From positions 108,564,001 to 108,628,000 of the forward strand of contig NC_086108.1 in the NCBI RefSeq assembly GCF_963921235.1: 64,000 nt of DNA. The letters run 5' to 3'. The stretch comes from Mobula hypostoma (Eukaryota). How positions within the stretch are numbered: position 1 is the first letter of the stretch; each line of letters starts with the position of its first letter. A model generated the notes under the pieces. That model was given only the letters and a program-made list of their open reading frames with translations, had not been told where the DNA came from and searched no databases. Positions 34,719-47,046 of this stretch are shown piece by piece. The position numbers and the translations under genes were made by a program.

Positions 34719-36781
34719 AGTTAGAGGATTAGGAAGCTTTTAAAAACCAATAGAAGGCAACTAAAAAAGTCGTTAAACAGGTAAAGATGGAATATGAAAG
34801 TAAGTTAGCCAATAATATTAAGGAGGATACCAAAAGTTTCTTCAGATGCATAAAGTGTAAAAAAGAGGTGAGAGTGGATATCGGACTGCAGGAAAATGAT
34901 GCTGGAGAGTTAGTAATGGGGGACAATCAAATGGTGGACAAATTGAATCTTCACTGTGGAAGACACTAGCAGTATGGTGGAAGTTCCAGGTATCAGGGGT
35001 CGTGAAGTATGTGAAGTTACCATAACTAGAGAGAAGCTTCTTGGGAAACTGAAAAGTAACCTGGACCAGATGGTGTGCACCCCAGAGTTTTGAAAGAGGT
35101 GGCAAAAAGATCATGGAGACACTAGCAATGACCTTTCAAGAAATACTTGATTCTAGAATGGTTCTGGAAGACTGGAAAATTGCAAACATCACTCCACACT
35201 TCAAGAAGGGAGAGAGACAGGAGAAAGGAACCTATAGGCCAGTTAGTCTGACCTCAGTGGCTGGGAAAAAGTTGGAGTCGATTATTAAGGATGAGATCTC
35301 AGTGTACTTGGAGGCATATGATAAAACAGTCCACAGCCAGCATGGTTTCCTCAAGGTAAAATCTTGCCTGACAAATCTGTTGGAATGAAGAAATAAAAAG
35401 TAGGATGGACAAAACAGAATTAGTTGATGATGAGTAGTTGGATTTTCAGAAGGCCTTTGACAAGCTGCCACACATGAAGCTGCAAAACTAGCTCATAGTA
35501 TTACAGGAAAGATTCTAGTGTGGATAAAGCAGTGGCTGATCAACAGGAGGCAAAGCATGGGAATAATGGGAGCCTTTTTTGGTTGGCTGCCGGTGACTAG
35601 TGCTGTTCCACGGGGGTCTGTGTTGGGACCGATTCTTTTTACATTACATGTTAATGATGTGGATGATGGAATTGATGACTTTGTTGTGAAGATTGCAGAT
35701 GATATGAAGGTAGGTGGAGGGGCAGGTAGTTCTGATAAGGCAGAGAGGCTATAGGAGGATTTAGACAGATTAGGAGAAAGGGCAAATAAATGGCAGATGG
35801 AATATCATTTTGGGATTTGTATGATCATATATTTTGAGATTAAAAAATAAGGGGATGACTATTTTCTAAATGAAGAGAAAATACAAAAAAACTGAGGCAC
35901 AAAGAAACTTGGGAATCCTTGTGCAGGATTCCCTAAAAGTTAATTTGCAGGTTGAGTCTGTGGTGAGAAAGGCAAACGCAATGTTAACATTCATTTCAAG
36001 AGGACTAGGATATAAAAGCAAGGATATAATGCTAAGACTTTATAAATCACTTGGAGTATTGTGAGTAGGTTTGATCCCCTTACCTTAGAAAGGATGTGCT
36101 GAAACTAGAGAGGGCTGAAAGGAGGTTCACAAAAATGATTCCAGGATTGAACAGCTTGTCATATGAAGAGCATTTGATGGCTCTGGGCCTGTATTCACTG
36201 GAATTCAGAAGAATGAGGGGTGACCTCATTGAAACCTATCGAGTGGTGAAAGGTCTTGATAGAGTGGTTGTGAAGAAGATGTTTCCTTTGGTGGGAGATT
36301 CTAAGACCAAAGCACACAGTTTCATAATAGAGGAGCGTCCTTTTTGAAACAGGGATGGGGTGGAATTCCTTTAGCCAGAGAGTGGTGAATCTGCGGAATT
36401 CTTTGCCACAGTTAGCTGTGGAGGCCAAGTCTTAATGTATATTTAAGGCAGAGGTTGATAGATTCTTAATTGGTCAGGGCATGATGGGATACAGGGAGAT
36501 GGCAGAAGATCAGGGCTGAGTGGAATATTGGACCAGCCACGCAATGGGCCAAAAAGCCTAATTTGCTCCTATATCTTATAGTCTTATGAAAACACACGCG
36601 GTCACGGGGAGAACATACACACTCCTTACAGGCAGCGGCAGGAATTGAACCTGGGTCACCAGTACTGTAAAGTGTTGTGCTAACCACAATGCTTCCATGC
36701 CGCCCCCATTATGAAAGGTATAGATAGGGTAAATGGAAGCAGTCTTTTCCCATTGGGGTTGGGTGACACTAGAACTAGAGG

Positions 36782-37440
36782 TTAGATTAGATTAGATTAG
36801 ATTAGATTATGAGGACACTCAGTCCTATTTTATTGTCATTTAGTAATGCATGCATTAAGAAATGATGCAATGTTTCTCCAGAATGATATCACAGAAACAC
36901 ATGACAAACCGACTGAAAAACTGATAAAAACCACATAATTATAACATATAGTTACAACAGTGCAAAGCAATACTGTAATTTGATAAAGAACAGATCACGG
37001 TAAGAAGTCTCAAAGTCTCTTGAAAGTCCCATCATCTCACGCAGACGGTGAACCTCCAGCACCGCAAACTTGCCGATGCAGCATCCTGGAAGCATCCGAC
37101 CACAGTCCGACTCCGAGTCCGTCCGAAAACTCCGAGCCTCCGACCAGCTCTCCGACACCGAGCACCGAGCACCATCTCTGCCGAGCGCTTTGACCCCGGC
37201 CCCAGCAACAGGCAATAGGCAAAGCCGAGGATTTGGGACCTTCCCCTCCAGAGATTCTCAGTCGCACAGTAGCAGCGGCAGCCAAGCAGGCATTTCAGAA
37301 GTTTCTCCAGGTGTTCCTCCGTGCTTCTCACGGCTGTCTCCTTCAAATCAGGATTGGTGCACGGCCCCTAGTTAACACAAACGATATCATTCAGAACGGC
37401 CGCGTGTGTTGCGCCGCGCCGCCATCTTCTCCTTCCTCCT
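36782..37440 (-). mobile_element. YY1-headed non-autonomous retroposon, copy 2
   Basis: (TTAGA)5 at left, GCCGCCATCTT at 37418-28; interrupts a CR1 3' fragment (36710-37700). Confidence 0.8.
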
Positions 37441-38443
37441 AAGGGTTAAGGGTGAAAGTTGAAATGTTTAAGGGAAACATGAGGGGGAGCTCCTTCACTC
37501 AGAGGGAGGTGGGAGTGTGAAACACGCTGGGAGCGCAAGTGGTAGATGTGGGTTTGATATCGACTTTTAAGACAAACTTGGATAGGTAAGATGTGGAGGA
37601 CAATGGTCCCCATGCAGGTCAATGTGACTAGGCAGATTAATGGTTCAACATGGACTAGATATGCAGAAGGGCCCGTTTCTGTGCTGTAGTGTTTTATGAC
37701 TATTTCTCTATGATATACATCATGAAGGTTCATGTTTTGTGGCAGCAATATATAAAAAAAGCTATAAATTACACAATCAGAAATATATTAACAAGATAAC
37801 TAAGTAGTGAAAAAAAGATCAAAAATTGTGAGGTTCATGGGTTCATTATCTGTTCAGAAATCTGATGGAGAAGGGGGAATTCTGTTCTTAAAACACTGTG
37901 TGCGTGTCTTCAGGCTCCTCTGTACCTCTTCCATGATGGTAGTAATGAGAAAGCGGCACGTGGACGTCCCTAATGAAGGATGCTGTCTTTCTGAGGCATT
38001 GCCTGTCGTAGATATCCTTGATGGCGGGGAAGCCAGTGCCTGTGATGAAGGACTTCACAAAATGGTGTATCAGAGCAAGCTCAACCTTGCCCCTGAATTC
38101 CCATTTAGCTACAATAGAGCAAAGGCTAGCACTCTCAAAGGCTGCTTATATATGTTAATAAGACTCTTGAGGATGTATGCTATCTCATTAGTCTCAGGGC
38201 ACAGAGGGAATGCAATCCTTTTAACAACAGCTCTGCGAAATTGGAACCAATTTTAATTTAATCCATTGACGAAAATATGCTCCCTGGTTACTTTGCTTGA
38301 CCTAATGTACTTGAACTTGGCTTCACAATTACATGCACATCTTTCGTTTGAATCTACTAGTGCACTTGTAGAGTGAGAATGGAGCATGGAAGAAGAACAA
38401 GGGCTTCAAGAACTAAAACCTTGCCCTGTTGTTATGTTAATTT

Positions 38444-38735
38444 GGGATTCGCAGCCCGTTCCTTAGTTAGAGCCTTCAGCATTTTGGGCATCGAGGGAGA
38501 GAGGAAGAGGAGAGCCATCCGCAGTACCACCGATGAGGGAGAGAGGGCCTCAAGATGGCTGTGGCTCAGAGGAGGGGAGCCATGGAGTCATAAGTAGCTA
38601 GCTACCTGGACACAAGCTGGGGTCTGATCAGCCTCGGCTAGGTCACCTGGAGGAGGTTGTATGATGTTGAAAGAACCAAAACACCCGATGATTCCAGGAA
38701 CATCACTGAAGATGTGTCCAGAAGCATCAGTAGAT
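38444..38735 (+). mobile_element. Hero-clade (restriction-like endonuclease) non-LTR 3' fragment
   Basis: GFAARSLVRAFSILGIEGERKRRAIRSTTDEGERASRWLWLR resembles the Hero C-terminus; followed by a 3'UTR ending GATGTGTCC. Confidence 0.65.
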
Positions 38736-39136
38736 TTATGTACACAGATATCTTTAAATATGAGGCCGCCTTCTTTCTGTGTCCACAGCCATTGGCTCCT
38801 AGACCGACTTCACTCCTTTCAGCACTGAACTGGCTCCGTGCTTGTGGCTGTGGATTCAGTTTCACCAGCTCTTGTTTCATGCTCATTTGTTTACTTTTTA
38901 ATCCTTTGCACTATTTGCTCTTTTTTTGCACATTGGGTGTTTGTCGGTCTTCTTTGAGTGTGGTTTTTCGTGAACTCTATTGCATTCCTTTTTTTGGTGG
39001 CGGCCTACAAGAAGATGAAGCTCAAGGTTGTATATGGTATACTTTTGACATAATTTGATAATAAATTTACATTGAACTTTTGATTTTTGTACAGCCCTTT
39101 GCTTGGAGGATTCATTTGGTACGATGTATTTGGTAA

Positions 39137-39895
39137 GTCAATAGACAATAGACAATAGGTGCAGGAGTAGGCCATTCGGCCCTTCGAGCCAGCACCGCCA
39201 TTCACTGTGATCATGGCTGATCATCCACAATCAGTGTCCAGTTCCTGCCTTATCCCCATAACCTTTGATTCCGATATCTTTAAGAGCTCTATCCATCTCT
39301 TTTTTGAAAGCATCCAGAGACTTGATCTCTACTGCCTTCTGGGGCAGAGCATTCCATATATCCACCACTCTCTGGCTGAAAAAGTTTTTCCTCAGCTCTG
39401 TTCTAAATGGCCTACCCTTTATTCTTAAACTGTGGCCTCTGGTTCTGGACTCACCCATCAGCGGGAACATGCTTCCTGCCTCCAGCGTGTCCAATCCCTT
39501 AATAATCTTATATGTTTCAATAAGATCCCCTCTCAGCCTTCTAAACTCCAGAGTATACAAGCCCAGTAGCTCCAATCTTTCAACATATGACAGTCCTGCC
39601 ATCCCAGGAATTAACCTTGTGAACCTACGCTGCACTCCCTCAATAGCAAGAATGTCCTTCCTCAAATTTGGAGACCAAAACTGCACATAGTACTCCAGGT
39701 GTGGTCTCACCAGGGCCCTGTACAGCTGCAGAAGGACTTCTTTGCTCTTATACTCAATTCCCCTTGTTATGAAGGCCAGCATGCCATTAGCTTTCTTCAC
39801 TGCCTGCTGTACTTGCATGCTTACCTTCAGTGACTGACGTACAAGAACACCTCAATCTCGTTGTACTTCCCCTTTTCCTAACTTGACTCCATTTG
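39137..39895 (-). mobile_element. Young CR1 sister subfamily 3' fragment
   Basis: Open 195 aa ORF 39231..39818; 7-mer (TCTATTG)n tail. Confidence 0.9.
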
Positions 39896-40964
39896 CATGC
39901 TTGCTTTCAGTCACAAAAGACCCAAGCAAATTTCTACAGATGTACTGTAGAGAGAATTCTGACTTCTTGTATCACCTGGTTGGTATGGAGGGGCTACTGC
40001 ACAAGATTGGAAAAAGATGCAGAGGATTTTAAACTTAGCCAGATCCATCATCAGCACTAGCCTCCTAACATCAAGGACACCTTCAAAAGGCGATGCCTTG
40101 AAAAGTCAGCATCCATCATTAAGAACCCCCATATGTCAGTCAGGAGCTGAATTTGGGTGCACTTTCTGCAAATGTAGTCATCAGGGAGACAGTTTGGTAC
40201 TCTGCAATCTCATATCTTACAAGAGGAGCATTCCACATTCCACGGCCTTATCCTGCCTACACTTGTTATACCTTTGGCTCTAATTTTTTAAGTGTAAGTC
40301 CTACATTCAACCAAGTAACTCCAAAAGACACAGCACCTTTAGCCTACGCCTGTTCTCACCGAAGCCTGTTCCAGCACATGGGCCTGGGGTCAGAAGAGGT
40401 TCACAAAAATGATTCTGGGAAATAAAAGGTTAATGTATGAGGAGCATTTGATGGCTCTGGGCCTGTACTCGCTGGCGTTTAGAAGAACGAGGGGGATCTC
40501 ATTGGAACCATCAAATATTGAGAGGATTATGATAATGAGAATATTGAGAGTGACTCTGGATTTCTGACATCTGCAGAATCCCTTCTGAATATTGAAAGGC
40601 CTAGATGGAGTAGATGTGGAGAGGATGTTTCCTATAGTGGGACACAATTAAGGACTGCACCAGCCTGGGCTATTCTCCCTTCCCCCAGTCACATTGGGCC
40701 AAAGATATAAAACCTTGGTAACACATCCCACCAGATTCAAAGTCAGTGTCTACCTCATTATTAAAAGTCTTTTGAAGGGACAACCTATGTGATAAAAATG
40801 AACTACTGATCTTTCAATCTACCTCTTTATGGCCTTGCACTTTCTTTGTCTGCCTGCAGTGCACTTTCAGTGATATGTGTGACACTACCTTCTGTACTCT
40901 GCTTTTCCTCTTGTGCTACCTCGGTGTAGTGTTGTGTAGTGTGATCCCTCGAGTCAAGTAATCT

Positions 40965-41935
40965 GTGCGGATTGGAAATAACATCTCCACCTTGCTGACA
41001 AGTGCACCTCAGGGATGTTTGCTTAGCCTACTGCCCTGCTCTTGCTTCGTCCATGACTGTGTGGCTAGACACAGCATAAATGCCATCTGTAAACTTGCTG
41101 ACAATACAGCCATTGTTGGCAGAGTCTCAGATGCTGATGAGAGGGTGTACAGGAGCGAGAGATGCCAGTTAGCTGAGTGGTGTCACTGCAACTACCTTGC
41201 ACTCAATGTCAGTAAGACCAAAAAACTTGATCGTGGACTTCAGAAAGGCTAGGATGAGGGATCACACTCCAGTCCTCAAAGGGGAAGGGGAATCAGAAGT
41301 GGTGAGAGTGAGCAATTTCAGGTTGCTGTCAATATTTCTGAGGGCCCAACCTGGATCCAGCATACTGATGCAGCTAGAAAGAAGGCAAAACAGCAGCTGT
41401 ATTTTATTAGGAGTTCGAGGAGATTTGCTATGTCACTTAAAACACTCGCAAATTTCTATGGATGCACCGTGGAGAGCATTGTAACCGGCTGCGTTACCCT
41501 TTGGTATGGGGGGAGGGGTGTACTGCACAGGACCAAGGTAAGCTGCAGAGTGAGGAAAAAGTAGTCAGCTCTCTCATGGGCACTAGTCTCCATAATATCC
41601 AGGACCTCTTCAAGGAGCAGTGCCTAAAAAAGTCGTCATCCATCATTAAGGACCCCCCCCATCATCCAGGACAAGCCCTCTTCTCATTGTTATCATCAGG
41701 GAGGAGGTACAGGAGCCTGAAAACACTCAATGATTCAAGAACAGCTTCTCCCCATCCGTACAACCAGATTTCTGAATGGACAATGAACCCATGAACATTA
41801 CCTCACTACTTTTTTAATTCTACTTAGTATTTACAATATATATATTTTTCTCTCTATCATGTATTTGATTTTACTACTGCTGCAAAGTTAACAGATTTCA
41901 TGACACATGCCAGTGATATTAAACCTGATTGTGAG
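40965..41935 (+). mobile_element. Rex1/Babar LINE 3' portion (degraded)
   Basis: SAPQGCLLS..HDCVARH..KLADNTAIVG; IIKDPPHHPGQALFSLLSSGRRYRSLK. Confidence 0.8.
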
Positions 41936-42867
41936 TATGAAGTTCTCCAAAGGGGTTGTCTATCGGTGGCTGTGGAGGCTGATCCAAGATCCACATTATT
42001 CTGGTGCAACGTAGGCAAGAGTAAATGGAGGCTGCGGAACGACCTGTCTGGATGACAGGCAAGGAAAAGCTTTTCACTGTATCTTGGTGCATGTGACAAG
42101 AATAAACAATTATCTCCACTATTAACAGACTGTTAAGCCTGGGAAAAAGACATGCAGACGGGATCAGCTCAGCAGGCCCCCAGGGTGTGATATCGGTGAG
42201 TTCGGCTGAAGAGCCCGTTTCCATACAGTAGGACTCTGTGGCATTCCTCAGGAGGTGAATCATAGGGGCAAAGTTGCAATTATATTGGTAGTATAGGGAA
42301 TAAAAGCAAGTTTCAGATCAAAGAAAAGGTGAATATATTTTTTAATTCACATGGCCGCTCCTTTCTCCTTACAGTTTTGTATAGATACAACACTGTGTAG
42401 GAAAGATTTTGATTATATAATCTGGTCAGTTTGGGCCAGTTGAGTCAAAGAGCTCACTTCTGTGGCGTATGACCTTTATGACTTTACTTCCTTGGTGTTT
42501 CTTCCAGCAGCTCTCTATTTTTGGGGATCTAGAAGTATAAAGGAAGTTCATAGTATCTAGATGCGAGAGATTCTACTGATGGTAAAAATCCAGAGCAACA
42601 CACACAAAATACTGTTGGAACTCAGCAGGTAAGGCAGCATCTATGGAGAGGAATGAAGAGTTGAGGTTTCAGGGTGAGACCCTTCACCAGAAACAGCTTA
42701 CTCAACCCGACCCTGGTATGTCTGCATCGTATGAGATTTCTACCACTTTACTACATCACCCCCTCATTCTCCTAACATGATCCACCCCTCCACACTCCAC
42801 ACACACATTTGCCATTACACATAGTCGCACTCACATATATACACACACACAAACACACACACTCTTT

Positions 42868-43114
42868 GGTTGTCCATCGATTTTCGATGATGACTGAGCC
42901 CTGGGCAAGGTTGCATGGAAGACTGGCAGTTTCCTATGCTGTGAGTCTCCCCTCTCCACGCCACCGATGTCGTCCAAGGGAAGGGCATTAGGACCCATAC
43001 AACTTGGCACCGGTGTTGTCGCAGAGCAAAGTACGGTAAAGTGCCTTGCTGCGGCTCGAACTAGTGACCTTCAGATCACTAAACCAACGCCTTAACCACT
43101 TGGCCATGTGCCAC
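42868..43114 (-). mobile_element. tRNA/CORE SINE (10157 family, alternative tail) inside a CA microsatellite
   Basis: Reverse TGGCCAAGTGGTTAAGGCG head and the same body as 10157-10453. Confidence 0.8.
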
Positions 43115-43117
43115 AAA

Positions 43118-43168
43118 GCGCGCGCGCGCGCACACACACACACACACAAGTGTGCGTGCATACACATA
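43118..43168. repeat. (GC)n(AC)n microsatellite
   Basis: GCGCGCGCGCGCGCACACACACACACACAC directly visible. Confidence 0.9.
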
Positions 43169-43699
43169 CAATTCTGCAGATGCTGAAATGCTTGAGGAAC
43201 TCAGTAGGTCAGGCAGCATCTACGGATGGAAATGAAAAGTCAAGAGAACATCAAATATTTGTTACTCTCCAAAGATGCAGCCTGGCTTCTAGCCACTCAA
43301 TTTTTTTCTCAGCAGACACAAAGGGACTGCAGATACTGGAATCTGGGACAGCAAACAAGATGCTGGAGGAACTCAGCGGGCCAGGCAACATCTGTAGTGG
43401 CAAATGATGCTTCGGGTTGTAGAGACATAGAGCACTTTAGCACAGAAATAGGCCTTTTGGTCCATCTAGCTATTATTCTGCCTGGACCCTTGACCCTGCA
43501 CTGAACCATACTCCCTTGAATCCAATTTCCCCTTAAATGCAGAAATCAAAATCTGAAAGGTCTTAACCCAAATGTTGACTTTCCACAGGTGCTGCCTGAT
43601 CTGCTAAGTTCCTGATTGTTGTTCCATTCTCTTTTCATGCATTGATCTAACTTTCCCTTTGCCATTATGCCACCTAACACTGGGTCCCATGAACCTCCA

Positions 43700-44325
43700 G
43701 CGTGGCCTACTCTATATCGGTGAGATTGGGAGCCGCTTCGTTGAGCACCTTCACTTTGTCCACAACAAGCAGTACCTCCTGCTGCCCAACTATTTTAATT
43801 CCAATCCCCATTCCCATATGTTGGCCCATGCTCTCCCCTACTGCCAAGATGAAGCCACTCTCAGTTTGAAGGAGGAACTGGGAAGCATCCAACCTGAAGC
43901 ACGTGCATCAATTTCTCTAACTTCCGGTAATTTCTCCCAACTTGCCCTTCTCTTTTTTTCTACTCCCCACTCTGGCTCTTCTCTTACTCCTTCTGTTCTT
44001 CTTGCCTGCCCATCACATCCCTCTGGTGCTCCTACTCCTTCTCTTTCTCCCATGGTTCACACTCCTCTCCTATCAGATTCCTTCTTCCTTCACCCTTTAC
44101 CTTTTCCACCTATCACCTTCCCGATTCTAACCTTACCCCTCTCCTCCATCCACTCACCTGCCAGCCTGTACTCCCTCTCCTCCCCCACCTTCTTATTCTG
44201 GCTTCTTCCCCCTTCCTTTCCAGTCCAGACAAAGGGTCTTTGCCAGTAACGTTGGCTGTTTGCTCCTCTCCATAGATGCTGCCTCACCTGCTGAGTTCCT
44301 CCAGCATTTTCTATGTGTTACTTTC
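43700..44325 (+). mobile_element. Old Penelope 3' fragment
   Basis: GLLYIGE..FVEHL..YCQDEATLSLKEE; pyrimidine-rich pLTR; decayed hammerhead at ~44220-60. Confidence 0.75.
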
Positions 44326-44847
44326 ATAATACAGCCCTCTTGCCATTGGGACTATATCCCTGTGACTTATGCAGGGTTGCTTCAGAGGGGAACAGTGTGT
44401 GAAGAATTGTAAACTGCTTTCTTCTGCAATAGTTAACACAAGCAGGGAACAGTGGGATCGGTGAAGGTCTTTGGAGACGACATCTCCACACGGTTACAAA
44501 GGTAATGAATACATGGGTGCTAGGCTATGTGGACTTCAAAGCAAAAGCTCTCTGAGGCCCTGCATTTTCCCTGAGACTGTGGTTATTCCTGGTTGTCCAA
44601 ATGAAGATTCAGAGGTCTTCTATGGCTAGACAGTTAATCTTGTCTGTGTGGCTTGCTCACTCATGCATCACATTCACCCTGCCTTGGCGACACAGCGCAC
44701 ACACACTTTACAGCGCTAACGATCACTAACTGGCGTTTGATTCCCGCCGCGTTCTGTAAAGAGTGCGGACTTTCTCACCATGGGTTTCTTTCGGATGCTC
44801 CAGTTTCCTCCCACATTCCAAAAAGCCCTTCAGTTAAGGTTAGCGAG

Positions 44848-45378
44848 GGACACGTGGGGAGTTGGCTTATTTGCCGGTCAAAACCTTGTCAGTCATTGAT
44901 TGGCCCATTTAAAGGATGCAGCCATTCTTTCCCATTGGTCGGCTTGCACACCAGGGCACCGGTGGCTGATTTTGGGTGCCTCGGGGGTGTATGGATAGCA
45001 TGTGCGGAAGGCTGGCTCTCTCTCTGCATCCCCAGGGCCTGCTTCAGGCTGAAGTCAGGACCAGTACTGACGGACCATTGAGAAAGAGTGTTGCAGACAC
45101 AGTCCTGTCCCCCATGTTTGTTTAGTTAAGTCTGCATTTGTAACATGCTCAGTTTCTCAGTTTTATAATTTGGGGAGACTTAACAAAGTACTCGTACAAT
45201 TAAAGGGTAACTGAGTGTTCAGTATTGTGATTTGGGGTTGTTTAGATGAGCACTTGTTGAGCTAGACTCCTGGTTTAGTGTTTCACCGTTCATGTATAAA
45301 TTAATAATTAATGTGCCCCTTCGCAATCTATATCTTCTGTTTCATTCATTGGATCCTTGAACATGCCTCCACGTTACA
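44848..45378 (+). mobile_element. Probable solo LTR
   Basis: Ends CCACGTTACA; start ACGTGGGG is a degenerate inverse of that end; GCGA on both flanks. Confidence 0.5.
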
Positions 45379-45389
45379 GCGATTTGCAT

Positions 45390-47046
45390 TCAAGATTCAA
45401 CATTCAAAATTCAAAAAACTTTACTGTCATTCTAACCATACATCAGCTCTGCAGGGCAGAATGAGACAGCGTTTCTCAGGGGCAGTGCAATCATAACATT
45501 AACAAATGCAACACTAAATAATAAGCATAACAATAAATAGTAAAACACACCGGCCACGTGTTAGTTAAATCAGTTATAAGTGTCCAGTGCAAGTTAAAAG
45601 TGTCCAAAGCAGAGTCAGGTAGAGCAGCTATTTAGCAGTCTGACTGCCTGTGGGAGGAAGCTGTTTAGTAGCCTTGTGGTTTTAGTTTTGATGCTCCTGT
45701 AACATTTGCCTGATGGCAGAAGAACAAACAGTTCATGGAGAGGGTGTGAGGGGTCTTTTATGATGTACCGTGTCTTCTGGAGGCATTGACTCTGAAAGAG
45801 GTCTTGGACAGAAGGTACGGAGACCCCAATAACCTTCTCTGCTCCCCTAACCACCCTCTGCAAGGCTTTTTTGTCGACAGCACTGCAGCTGGAGTACCAG
45901 GTTGTGATGCAAATGGTCAGCACACTCTCAACCACGCCTCTGTAGAATGTAGTTAAGATGTTAGTGGGGAGTGATGCTTGTTTAAGCTTCCTCAGAAAGT
46001 GCAATCTCTGCTAGGCCCGTTTCACAATCCCAGTGGTGTTCCTGGATCAGGTGAGATTGTCGGAGATCTGCACCCCAAGAAACTTGATGTTTTCCAGTCT
46101 CTCCACTGTGGAGCCGCTGATGCTGAGGGGTGTGTGCTCAGGCTGAGACCGTCTGAAATCGATGATCATCTCCTTGGTTTTGGTGACATTAAGCATCAAG
46201 TTGTTATCCCTGCACCATCTCTCTAGGTGTTTGACCTCCTCCTTGTACATTATTTCATCATTTTTGCTGAAGAGCCCCACCACTGTGGTATCATCAGCAA
46301 ATTTAATGATCAGGTTCTCCTTGAATCAGGCTGCACAGTCATGTGTTAGCAGTGTAAACAGCAATGGGCTAAGCACACAGCCTTGTGGGGATCCAGTACT
46401 CAGTGTGATGGAGTCAGAGATGTTCCTGCCAACACAGACTGACTGTGGTCTCTCTGTCAAGAAATCCAGAATCCAGCGACACATGGCAGTGCTAAGGCCA
46501 AGCAGCGACAGTTTCTCCACTAGCCTCTGCTGGATGATGGTATTGAACGCTGAACTGAAATCAATGTACAGGATTCTGACATAAGTGTCTTTGTTGTCCA
46601 AGTGAGAGAGAACTGTGTGCAGTGTGGTGGATATTGCATCCTCCGTTGAGCGAATTGGACGATAAGCAAACTGTAGAGGATCCAGTGATGAGGGGAGGCT
46701 GGCTGTGATAAGAGGCTTGACAAGCCGTTCAAAACATTTCATCACTATGGGGGTCAGGGCAAGGGGTCGGTAATCATTCAGACAGGCTACAACTGATTTC
46801 TTTGCTACAGGGATGATTGTGGAGTTTTGAAGCATCTGGGGACAATAGCTTGACTAAGGGAGATGTTGAAAATGTCTGTCAGGACATCTGCTAATACATT
46901 AGCACATTCCTTGAGCACACGTCCAGGGAGGTTGTCGGGACCTCCTGCTTTTCGTGGGTTGACACTGGCAAGGGTCCTCTGTGTTTGGTCTGGATCAATG
47001 ATTGGAGCCGGCTGGTCAGATGGTAAAAAGGGACTGGCTCTCCCCC
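45390..47046 (-). mobile_element. Rex1/Babar LINE, 5'-truncated, relatively young
   Basis: [59 protein letters not shown]-type tail; TSD TTGCAT at 45384-89 and 47047-52. Confidence 0.9.

Larger units (their letters stand above)
30030..36587 (+). mobile_element. Old near-full-length CR1 hosting multiple nested insertions
   Basis: ORF1 esterase (IHEGTNDVG..FNTWLRSW..RDGL), APE (VESLWIELRN), RT (YRPVSLTS, SQHGF, IADD), tail at ~36560-87. Confidence 0.85.

Noticed and set aside
38655..38720. Hammerhead in the Hero 3'UTR (CTGAAGA, AAAACACC)
   Set aside because: The GAAA box is not intact and the element order does not fit type I-III topology.
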